A stretch of 64,000 nt of DNA from NCBI GenBank assembly GCA_951804945.1, contig OX638153.1, positions 64,418,001 through 64,482,000 on the forward strand, read 5' to 3'. The notes beneath the pieces were generated by a model that ran no database searches, had not been told where the DNA came from, and saw only the letters and a program-made list of their open reading frames with translations. This document shows positions 52,701 to 64,000 of the stretch, piece after piece. This DNA is from Podarcis cretensis (taxonomy: Eukaryota). The translations under genes and the position numbers were made by a program. Within the stretch, counting starts at the first letter, position 1, and each line of letters begins with the position of its first letter.

Positions 52701-53180
52701 TAGAGATGGGAAGGCCTGGAAAAAAGCGGATTTTTTTGGGGGGGACACCAGGTTTTTCCCCCCTTTGTATTTTTCCAAAGCCGTTTTTTTCTGGAAAAAA
52801 TGGGGGGGGGGGTAGTTTGATATAGTTTGGATATTCCACCCCCCCCCCCATTTTCCCAATATTTTTTTTCCAGGCCTTCCAACACCCACATTTTGGAGCT
52901 CTCCGCTGGCTGGCACCAGGCAAGTGCTCTCACTGTACTCTTTCCAGCAACTGCTCAAAACATTTTTGTTAGGGCCAGCCCTTCTGAACACGTAGAAGCT
53001 GCATGTGATTTCCTTCCTTTTAACCACTGTTGACTTTAATCATCTTTCGAATACTCTTAAATACCTGCTTTTAACTGTGTTTTATCAATCATTTTAATGC
53101 TCTGTTGTATATTTTTGTAAATTCTTTAGAAACTCTCTTACCATCATGCGGTTTATAATGTATAAGAACAAATTCAATTT

Positions 53181-53215
<35 letters not shown>

Positions 53216-55047
53216 ATTTTCCTTTCAAACAGAGTTTGAGCTGAGGCATCTAATCACAGCCTGCATTTTTATTGAGGCTTGATCAGGGCCTGTATTTTAA
53301 AATGAGCTTAAAGATTTTCAAATGTTCATGCCAGGCAGAAGACCAGCTGCCTAAGAACCTTGGCAAGATGTTTATTCTCCTGGATAAGGGGGCCCCCTGA
53401 TTTATAGCAGAAAACAATTCTCAAAGTCAAAGGGAATTACAGGCTGACAGCCAAGGTTACACTGACCCTACATATTACAGAAGATAAAAAAAGAGATAAA
53501 CATAATTAAGAGTGGGTAAATAGTAAAATAAAACCATGTGCCTCCCATTAAACTTGAGCCATATTTTCCTAAGGTTGAAAGGTCAAGAGCAGTGAAAAAG
53601 GCAACTGGCTTGGCTGGAGAAGAGGTTTTCTTTCTATTTTGAGGCTGGAAACTGTTCCTTACTTTGAAAAGGTTTATTCTTCTAAAAAGCTATCTATGTT
53701 ATGTATTAAATATATTGGCTTAAATGTAATTATGCAAAGGAATTAGAAGCTAAGAAATGTTAAATCCTTATGCTAGATTCTTATTTCATATAGTTGGAAG
53801 AGATCACAGGGGCCATCAGCCACCAGCCCAGCCCCCCCTGCCAAGCAGGAAACATCATTAGAGCACACATATGGTTGTCAGGCCTTTGTTTAAGAGACCT
53901 TCAAGAGAAGGAGATCTTTCAATGATGAGGTGAACTCAAGATCCTTGACATCTGTTTAAGATAAAAATTTGAGATTAAACCATTTGTTTTGGAGGGCAAT
54001 AGGGCGAGGTGAGCTGGTAATTAAGGTTCCTTGTTGAGACACATGTAAGATATATTACTACTTATTTGTCATTTATGGATAGAAGAATATATATCTTTTT
54101 GTTTCCCATAAAAGGGCATGAGGAAATGGTTGTATCTGTTGTGATTGGTTCTAGCAAACAGCCAATAGGAATTTCAACCAGGCTGATTGGACAGAGGCAG
54201 CCACAGGAGGAGCAAGGGGGCTGGATTAAGGAAATATAAGTGCTGGCCATAATGGCAGGAGGCCAGGCCAGAGCTTGGTAACCATATACCACTGTGCCTC
54301 ATATTTATTTGTCTGACAAATAAATTATTATTTTAATTTCTCTATTGCTGCGTTGAATATTTCATTCCAGCTAAGTGTTAACCACAAGCAGGGTGCTACA
54401 GAGCCTCAGTGCAACATACTACTCATTAACTGGGTGTTGGTTACTTCTGGGCCCGGTATGCAAAAAAATTGCCTTACGCTTTTCCCTGGCTGCCCTCAAG
54501 TAGAGATGGGAAGGCCTGGAAAAAACCCAGAAAATTGGGAAAAAACAGGTTTTTTCCTGTTCTTCCCCAAAGCCATTTTTTAGAAGTCCATGAGAAAAAT
54601 GACAAAGAGGAAGAGGAAGAAGAAATGGAAAATCATAACAGTAGTTCAGAAAATGAGATAGAATAAACTGCATGTCTATGTTGTGTCTTCTGTTTCTATT
54701 TTTTTTTAAAGGCACTACTCAAAGGGTAGACCTTCTATGGAGCTTAAATACTGAGGTGGACATTACTTTATTTGCTGTTGGTGCTAAGGGGCAAATCTGA
54801 TTATTTTTTTATGTTCAAGGTATCTTGCTTTTTTTGTTGCTTTTGAGGGAAAGGGGGTGGTTACCACTTTTACTGCAAGCAAAATACTTTTATATACACT
54901 GTGTTTCACACAATTTGTAAAACTACCTCACACTGACCTTTTTTTCATTTTTTTCCAAAATTTCTATTTTTCCCTGGAAAAAAAAACAGGGGAGAAAAAT
55001 GTTTTCCCGCTCATGGCTTCAAAATTTTCAGAATTTTTACATCTCTG
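52701..55047. mobile_element. hAT-like element(s) with TAGAGATG ends, possibly composite
   Basis: The left end TAGAGATGGGAAGGCCTGGAAAAAA occurs at 52701 and again at 54501. The right end CATCTCTG is at 55040-55047. GCCCTAAC lies at 52693-52700 and 55048-55055. Confidence 0.6.
53184..53213. repeat. (CA)n microsatellite
   Basis: Read directly. Confidence 0.95.
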
Positions 55048-55565
55048 GCCCTAACTCCTTGCTTAGCTAACCTTTAAAAAAACCAGGACATTGGATCCTT
55101 GACACAAGCTTGCAACTTACCCATCTGACGTTACGCGTCAAGTATCTTCCACCAGTTCCAAATTCATGAACTCTGAGTGCATCCTCCATTCCTGAATGCT
55201 TTTCAGTTCACATCAGCCAAGCAACAGATTTCTAGGTGTGGGTTTTTACCTTGGCATTTCAGTCTTCTAAGACATGTGCAGTCTTCTAAGACTTTGGAAA
55301 CTATCATCTGTTGAAATGTTGAGAAAGAATCTACAAGGAGAATTTTGTTTTCGTGACCCATGAAGACTAATGAACTTGCTAATGATCCACGATATACTCT
55401 TTATTCCTGCAGACCTGGCCATCACTGCATGGGGTTTCCTTGTCCAGCTTTTCTCAGGGAACTTCAGTCACTGCCCTTTCAAATGGAATGAGCAAAGTAA
55501 GGTGAGGAAGGTGTTGATGTCAGACCTTGTACAAAGAGATGAAGGCTACATACAACAATCTAGAC

Positions 55566-55702
55566 CAGGCTTCCTCAAACTCAGCCCTCTAGATGTTTTT
55601 GGCCTACAACTCCCATGATCCCTAGCTAGCAGGACCAGTGGTCAGGGATGATGGGAATTGTAGTCTCAAAAACATCTGGAGGGCTGAATTTGAGGAAGCC
55701 TG
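55566..55702. mobile_element. Palindromic hAT MITE
   Basis: Long inverted arms CAGGCTTCCTCAAA / TTTGAGGAAGCCTG and TSD ATCTAGAC/ATCTAGGC. Older relatives lie at ~24160-24275, 38705-38795, 40668-40805 and 60215-60340. Confidence 0.85.
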
Positions 55703-56372
55703 ATCTAGGCTGATGAAAGAGGGAGCATAACACTATCTCACTAAATGTAGCCTATTTGGTGCCCCATGGGGGCAGTTAGTAATCACTTCGAGAAAGACAA
55801 ATGGGCACTAACTCTATCACCAAAGGACAATAACTCTGCTAATAATGAGGCCCTACTCCCTAATAGTGATCTTTGATAACTGTGAAGTTGCGTAATGAAT
55901 GATATTTCATTAAGCAAGTATGGAACACCAATAATAAATTTTGAGACCATTAGAATTGCTTACAAAAGATTGACGTCTCAAGAAAAAGTTCAAAACCGGC
56001 CTTCTCCCTTCCCTTCTCACAGAAACTCTTGAAAGGTCTGTCATTTTTCTTTCTTCAAAGAACAATTCAAGTTCTGACAACTGATTTCGTTTTCCTTCTA
56101 CTTTGGAAAAACAGCATTGCAGTACGTATAAGATAAAATCATAGTAACTTTATAAACTAAAATCCCATTTCAATGCTTTTCATTCCATTACGCTGTTTGT
56201 TTAATGTCTTCTTTTGTTCTTTGGGTCGGGGTAGGGGTGCCATTTGATATGGTCAAAATGACAATATGTATAAAGTGTACAGTGAACCAAAGAGAAGGTT
56301 ATTTTTTGCTGTACATGCAAAGACTTCCTTGCACCTTATCTGTTAGTTGCTTTTCACTCTAACATTCAGTTA

Positions 56373-56725
56373 AGAAAGGTAAAGGACCCCTGACAGTTAA
56401 GTCCAGTCGCGAACAACTCTGGGGTAGCTTTACAGGCCAAGGGAGCCACTGTTTGTCCGCAGACAGTTTTTCTGGGTCATGTGGCCAGCATGACTAAGCC
56501 GTTTCTAGCGAAACCAGAGCAGCGCACAGAAATGCCATTTACCTTCCCATCAGAGCAGTACCTATTTATCTACTTGCACTTTTTGGGGTACTTTCAAACT
56601 GCTAGGTTGGCAGGAGCTGGGACTGAGCAATGGGAGCTCACCCCATCACGGGGATTTGAACCGCCAACCTCCTGATCGGCAAGCCCAAGAGGCTCAGTGG
56701 TTTAGACCACAGCGCCACTCACATA
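56373..56725 (-). mobile_element. Sauria SINE
   Basis: TSD TAACATTCAGTTA at 56360-56372 and 56726-56738; conserved core. Confidence 0.92.
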
Positions 56726-59700
56726 TAACATTCAGTTAGGTTCCTCCTAAACTAGGTCTTATCAGCTTTTGTGTAGTGACACTGGCCTTATTGGTAAGTT
56801 TTGCAGATTTTTTTAAACCTCAGGAATAGACATTTTCTAACATCTCTCAGAACCCTTAACAAACTACAGCCCCCAAGATTCCTTGGGGGAAGAGATGACT
56901 GTTTAAAGTGGTATGCTGCTGCTTTAAGTGTATAATGCAGATGGAGTCTGGTACTGTTGTTGCTGCTGCTGCTGCTGGATGCGACCTATCCTCTTCCATC
57001 CCTCTGCTGTGAGGGTGGAATAAGAACAAAAGGGAACTGAGAGCAGCCTACCTCAGTATGGGTTGGGCCTTCACACAGAAGATGGACAGGGCCAAATTTA
57101 TGGCCTTTTCCAAGTGTTCAGTACACAGCTGGGTAAAAATGGCATTTTTTGTTTGCATCAAGTGAATTAAAATTTCATTGAAAAACTCCTCCCCCACCCC
57201 AAAGTAAATGAACAGTTTCTCAAAATAAACTCCTCTCCTTGCCTCACAGAGTATTAATAGGAAATTTTCTGCTTCATGTGTCAGCAGCTGAAATGGTTTG
57301 AAGTGCCGTGACAAATTTCTAGAGGCAACAACAAAAAAGTCAGTTTCAGGCCCTTTGAAATGAAAACATCAGTGAACTCGCGAAACCTCCAAGCGGATGC
57401 ATCCATGGGAGGGAAGGGAGCGCAAGAGGAAGTGCTCCATGAATCAGGCACGATGGGCTAAGTTTCCCCCCTATTTCTACTGTTGCAATGCAGTGTTCAT
57501 TCTTCACAGGAAAGGACTGGAAGTCAATCATTCTTCCACGGACCCATTTACCTGAGCACAAGCATCTAAAGCCACATTCACACCACTCATCTAAAGCAGT
57601 ATCACACCACTTTAATCAGTCATGGGGGAACTCTGGGGCAACTGTAGTTTGTTATGGGGCTGAGAGTTCCTAGGAGACCCCTATTCCCCTGACTGAATGA
57701 CAACTCCTAGAGTGGTTTAACAGTTAATGCCTCTTCCCAGAGAACTCTGGGAACTGCAGCTCTGGGGGGGGGGGATTACTGGCCTCCAAACTATTCTCAC
57801 TATCCCTGACAACCCACAGTTCCCAGAATTATTTGGGGGAAAGCCATAGTAAAGCACTAACATCGTGCTTTAAATGGCCCTAGGTATGGTAAGAATCTCC
57901 ATTATTGGGCTTGTCTTTGCTAGCACTGAGTAGATGTCAGGCTTGTCTGGCGTGCTTTTAAAAGAAACAAAACCCCAAGATCCTGTGCCCCTTTTCTAGG
58001 AAAAAAGGTGCCGGTACCCACCACGAAGCAGATAGTTCTGCTCACATCTCTGGGAGAGGAGGGGGGAGAAGGTGAATCACAGGGGGGGAAGCAGCTGAGG
58101 AGCCCAGCACCTGAGCACAACTGCCTGCTCGGCTCACCAGTGGGATTTGTGCACTCCAGCCAGCCATGCTGCTGCCAGAAGGAAGCAGCAGCCATGATCA
58201 GGAGGACAGGGGCTGAGTTCTCTGGCAGCAGCCAGTGCAGACCCTCCTCTATCCTCCCAAGCCAGCCATGACACCCCTCTTCCCACTTTCTCTTCAGTAC
58301 TGAGCTCCAGAGGGCGATGTGGAGCAGGAGAAGACACAGTCCAAACACCTTGGTGTCACCAAGAGGGGGCCTTCTGCACACCCAGTTGTTGTTTCGACTT
58401 TGTCTGTCGTGCACACTTTTAACGAGCATTTAAAAATGAATCCTTACAGTGTGTTAACAACACATTGTTATAATGAATATCTCATCCTATGGGAGCTTTC
58501 ATTCCTATATTCAATCTGCTCCAGTCATGGCTCCTACCTTTCAAAGGACAATGGTGAAAGTGGGAGTGCCTCATTAAATAAAATAATAAATAGATAAATA
58601 ACATTATGATATCCTATTATTGCAGTTAGCTCCCTGGCCAATGGCAGCAAACGAGAGGGTGGAAAGCAGCTATCCACTGTAATTGGCCAGGAGGCTTAAT
58701 ATTTCCTCACAAATACGTGAAATCCTTCTTAGAAATGGGGTGTTTGAAATATCTCTTACAATAAATTCAACAAACCTCTTATAACTACAGCTATCTGTGG
58801 CTGAGTAAACTCTTCACACTTTTTTATAGTTATTTGATAGTGCAGGGTGAGTCAAGGGCAGGCCGCCTTTAAAACCCTTGTTCTCTCATTAATTTGTTTT
58901 ATTCCTGGGTAACAGTCCATATAATGCAAAGCTAGCTGTGTGTTTATAGACACACGGTGTTAGCAAAATCTAAAGAACCATGAAAGTCAGAGGCCAACTA
59001 CTGGCATGCATATGCCTCGAGAACTTTAAGACTCAGTGAATAGTGATGCCGTGCATGAAGAAGTGTGCATGAATGGGAGGACAGGCAGTCCGTGCACACC
59101 TTATTCTGCACACTTGGATGCTCTCCAGTGAAATTCACATTGGTTTCTTTCAACTGACATCCTGCATTATTCAACCCTTATTCAACCCTTATTCAGGGAA
59201 ACAGATACTTCTGGCAGATGCAGCATATATATATGGCTCCATATTTCAAAGAAGTCTCCAAGCAGTTTACAACCTCATAAACAAAAAATAACGCGACCAA
59301 AAAGGCCAAAAAGTACAATTTTTATAAGTCTGCATTTTAAGGCAACACTAAACAATGAGAGAAAATATCCTCTTAAAACATCAATGTAAACTGAAGCATC
59401 TTAACATACTGGCAACATAATAACTGAAAGCAGATCCAAAATGCAGAAATACAACATGAAGTATACATGGATGTATTTATAGGTAGCAGCAGCGCTCACA
59501 CTTTTGCTGCCGTCTCCCTAACTTAAGCTCACGCTAAATAAAACTAGGGTCTATAAAGTTGTTATTAGAAATATTTATAAACTGCTAAACTTTTAGGAAT
59601 AGCATGGTATACAAAAAAATCCCTCAAACCCCAAACAGAGTAAAAACCATTCTCATTCATTAAAAAAATACTGCCAACAAATTCCTAGATTCATCCTTCT

Positions 59701-62181
59701 GGAAAGACCTGCAGAAAGAAAGAATTGTTTGTCATATATTTTCAAGGAGCAGTTCATTCCACAGCACCAACACAGCTGCTGTGCTAATGGCTCTAGTCCA
59801 AACTTCTGGTGCATGGTCCACAAGGGGTCTCCCGCCCCCCAATTGATTACCATAGTAATAGGGCAGGGATATAGGAAATAAGGCAAATCCTTAACCTTAG
59901 TTTATTTGCCACCTATTCAAATAAAACATTGCCCAGCCAGTTGGAGAAAAGGACAGTGCAAGGCAACTCCCCCACCTTGATCCATCTTCTTAAAATAATC
60001 TTTTGCTGCTTTTTCAGTGAACTTTGGTCCCAGGTCTTCTAAAGCCCATTTATTTCAGCACTACTGGATCTGGTTTCTGCTTCCCCCTCTAACCAAGATA
60101 ATTCAATTCCTAGCAGCAGCAGCAACAACAGAAATGCTTACCTCACAAGTTGAAAATCCTAATGGTTGGTACTGAAGCACAGCTTGCCTTACCATTGGCT
60201 GATGTTGACCAGCCTTCCCCAGCTTGGTGCACTCCACATATGGTTGGCCTCCAACTCCTATCAGCTCAAGCCAGAATGGCTGATAGTCAGGGATTATGGG
60301 AGTTAGAGGCCAACAGCAACAGGTTGGAGAAGGCTGGTCTAGGCAGGAGTGCAGGAGCAGCAATTTACTCTAGAGCAGCAGCATGTTGCAATGAAAAGAC
60401 TGAAGACTTTGTGACACGACAGGCAGGAGGCAGAGTGAGAGGGCATATGGGTCTAACACTGGGTGTGAGTAGAGAGCAGCAGCATCAGTGAGTTTGTGGG
60501 TCCTGAGGATTAAGGCACATTGTAGAAGAAGAAACAAGCTCAAAGTATATGTTGGATGCACAGTGGCTGGTGCTGTTATGGGTAGGGAAGGGGATCAGAA
60601 GCAGATCTCTGGGTGGAGCAGAGCCACTATGTTAACTTGCCAGCAGGTGGGCAGCTCTTGCTTACCAGGAGGGGCAAGACATGGAGGTTGGTGTGGTGTG
60701 GACACACTGGCAGAGCCAATCCAGATTTCCTGACAGTGCATTTGCACCACACCAACCTCCCCTTTGCTGATCCCTCCTGGTAAGCAATAGCAACAACCAA
60801 CTGGGAAAATACAGTGGCAAGGGAGGCTGGATGGAGGCAATGGCATCATGTCAATACAAGACCAGGCTGCAATACTTGTCCAAGGGAAGGGCTGTAGCTC
60901 CATAATAGCTCATGTGCTTTGCAACCCAAAAGTCCCAGTTCAGTCACTGCCTGAAACCACAGAGAGATGCCACCAGTCAGGGCAGATGATGCTGAGATAG
61001 ATGGACCAATGATTTGTCTCACTATAAGCTCCCTGTGTTCCAACCACTGAAAAGCCTTGATCTGCAGAAATGACCTTAATCTTCCTTTGGCTTGAAGGCT
61101 TCTGAACAGGCCTTTCACCCTTTCCCAAGCTGGCTGTTCAAAGTGAGGAGAGGCGGAAGTAGACTAATGCTGACTCCTGCCTTTTCAAGGACAGGGACCG
61201 TGAGCTCAGACACATTCTGGAGACCCTTTGTGTGTAAAACAGCTGTGATAGTGTTTGATAAATGCTTCAGGATTAAGTATGGGCTCCCTGATCTCCCTGA
61301 CCAGCTTGTTTCAAACTGGGTCCAGCTGAGAAGCACTGATAATGACTCGGTCCTTTCTGTAGTGTTTGTAATAACATTTCCATTTAAATGCATATTCTGA
61401 CCTTCCTCTCAAGCAGAATAAATAACCAATAAATTATTCAAGCAACTGTTTAACATAGCTGGAAATTAACACTCTTTCAACACTGCCCACGCTGACAACC
61501 AGCTACAAGGTGTGAGCAGGAATGAAATAACCAGTTGCTGAGTTCAGCCGATACATCAGCTTGCCTCGGGACCAATATTCATCTCTATTCATCGGCTCTA
61601 CTGACACATGGTGCAACCCCAGAAAGGTTTATTGTAGCAAAGAGAAAGACCTCATGTTCCTGTCTATAGAAGATACAAGGAGGAAGAGCAACATGGGACC
61701 ACCAGACAGTTTTTAAAGGGATGGAGAAGGCATTCATTCAATCCACATTTTAATATGAACTGACTTAATTTTCTAGTCTCAGGTTCATATGCAGATCAGA
61801 ATGCAACTATCAGTCAGATTCTCTGAATTTTGTGGTTAAGTTTCAGTTCAAAGCAATGAACACAAAAACAAATATATTATGGGAAAATGCATTAAAATTA
61901 CTCTTACAGGATACAAAAAACATACAAAGGGGCATATCTTAGGGGAAGAATGCATATAAAACATGTACAAGTTAGATTTTTTTCATGCTTTCTGTTTTTT
62001 AAACTGAAAAAACCCAGGGTGGAATGAAGCTATGATTTTGCACCTACAAAATTGATATGGAACTAACAGAAGTATAGCGTCCAGATCATAAGAAGGAATA
62101 ATTCCACTCTGGGCAGGTTACATTTGGAATACAGTAGCCAGTTCTAGTGTTACATTTTAAGAAGCCCATTGTCCCAGAAGA

Positions 62182-62704
62182 TCAGACCTCACCTGGAGTA
62201 CTGTGTCCAGTTCTGGGCACCATAGTTCAAGAAGGACACTGACAAACTGGAACGTGTCCAGAGGAGGGCAACCAAAATGGTCAAAGGCCTGGAAACGATG
62301 CCTTATGAGGAACGGCTAAGGGAGCTGGGCATGTTTAGCCTGGAGAAGAGGAGGTTAAGGGGTGATATGATAACCATGTTCAAATATATAAAAGGATGTC
62401 ACATAGAAGAGGGAGAAAGGTTGTTTTCTGCTGCTCCAGAGAAGCGGACACGGAGCAATGGTTCCAAACTACAAGAAAGAAGATTCCACCTAAACATTAG
62501 GAAGAACTTCCTGACAGTAAGAGCTGTTCGACAGTGGAATTTGCTGCCAAGGAGTGTGGTGGAGTCTCCTTCTTTGGAGGTCTTTAAGCAGAGGCTTGAC
62601 AACCATATGTCAGGAGTGCTCTGATGGTGTTTCCTGCTTGGCAGGGGGTTGGACTCGATGGCCCTTGTGGTCTCTTCCAACTCTATGATTCTATGATTCT
62701 ATGA
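62182..62704 (+). mobile_element. Young CR1 LINE 3' end nested in an older CR1
   Basis: Open ORF2 C-terminus (62277-62624: [19 protein letters not shown]...WNLLP..VVES) and an (ATTCTATG)n tail. Older CR1 pieces lie at ~62066-62165, 62708-62804 and 63401-63727. Confidence 0.93.
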
Positions 62705-62804
62705 TCATGTCTAGAGAAGGGCAGCCTGGATGGTGAAAAGCAAGTAGTATGAGAAATGGAACTTGAAAAGCAAGTAGTATGAGAAATGGAACAAAGAGCT
62801 GGGC

Positions 62805-63400
62805 GTTATGAATCCCATGGAGATGTCATGGAGATAATGGTTGGATCCTGAGGAGGAATGGGGTGAGCTCAGGAATTTGAACAACCCTGGGGAGGCTCCT
62901 AGCAGAGGTGTGTGTGAAATCAGGATCCCAAAAAGTATCTGAGCCTGGGGAGGAGACAATTGGCTTAGGGAATGAAGAACTGCATTCAAGTGAGGGAGCA
63001 AATGGGTTGGCAGAGGAATGTTCTGTCCATGTGACATCGGACATCCCTAGCCAGATATCTCCTGTTGCAGAGTCACCCTGGTGCCACCTCCCATCAGTGA
63101 GAAGCCTCCTCCTTCAGGCAAGGTGACTGAGAATACATTGGATGCTGAGCTGGTGCTGATACTACCTCCCAGGACATAGAGACTCCAGCGTGGGTGCAAA
63201 GAAACCATAGACCCAGCCCGCTCGAAAGAGTGCCAGTCCCAGAACTCTGGTCATTTGCCATGCTAAGAGCTGTTCCTCCTCTGCTCACCAAAAGAAAGGT
63301 GCCTTGTCTATACCTCTTATGCACCTGCTTCACTTTTTAACCTGTGCCTTGCCCTAGGAGTCTCAGTTCAATGTTCGGCAGTGACAGCCAGTTCGCTAGA
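62805..63400. mobile_element. ~600-bp insertion in the old CR1, possibly a solo LTR
   Basis: It interrupts the CR1 motif GAGCTGGGC|ATGTTTAGCCTGGAGAAG. There is no clean TG..CA or TSD. Confidence 0.4.
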
Positions 63401-64000
63401 TATGTTTAGCCTGGAGAAGAGAAGATATAAGAAGAGTCCTACTAGTGGTCTACAGATGTTCAGAGGGCTGTCTTGTAGAAGATGGGTCCAGGCTTATTTT
63501 CTTTTGCTCCAGCAGTCAGGACTGTAACTAACGAGTGGAAATTCCCAAGAAGCAAATTTCAATTGAAAATTGGAGGAAAGCTTTCTCATGGTAAGAGCTC
63601 TTTGACAGTAGGAGACTGCTCTGGGAGGTGGGGGCTCTCTTTTTCTGGAGCAGAGGCTGGGCAGCTATCAGTCAAGGATGCTGTAGAGGTTGATATGACC
63701 CTATAGTTCCCCCCAAATTTATGATTCCCTACTAAATTACTCAATTACGCAATACAAACCAAATTGTCATGTGATTGGTTTGTTACTTGAGCCAGATTAG
63801 TGTGGTAACACTACTACCAAGCTGCTTAAAGGGGGGTTGACCAATATTGTGATAAATATGAGCTGAGTACAAGTTAGCCACATTGTAGAGCAAACATGTG
63901 ACCATTGTGTACTGCTTACTCATTATACGTTTTAGTTGAACAGTGCTCCTCTGAAGTTCAAGCATTCAAAACTACTCATGCAACAATCCACTAGCTACAT

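Overview
This is vertebrate genomic DNA, apparently intronic or intergenic, from a squamate reptile. The Sauria SINE, BovB, CR1 and hAT repeat set points to a lizard, probably a lacertid (inference). I could not recognise any host protein-coding gene; there are only weak candidate minus-strand first exons. The main feature is a ~7.1-kb minus-strand tyrosine-recombinase retrotransposon of the Ngaro/DIRS class (~44046-51187). It encodes Gag with a Cys/His finger, RT/RNase H, a tyrosine recombinase, and an ATG-less SGNH hydrolase preceded by a splice acceptor. A young Sauria SINE sits at its YLDD motif. A 794-bp non-coding element at 13103-13896 is a diverged relative. It shares the promoter spacing, the poly(A) region and a ~260-280-nt multi-stem RNA fold whose helices are kept despite different primary sequence. 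That fold is the most novel-looking signal in the window. All pairings were found by eye and no folding or database search was run.
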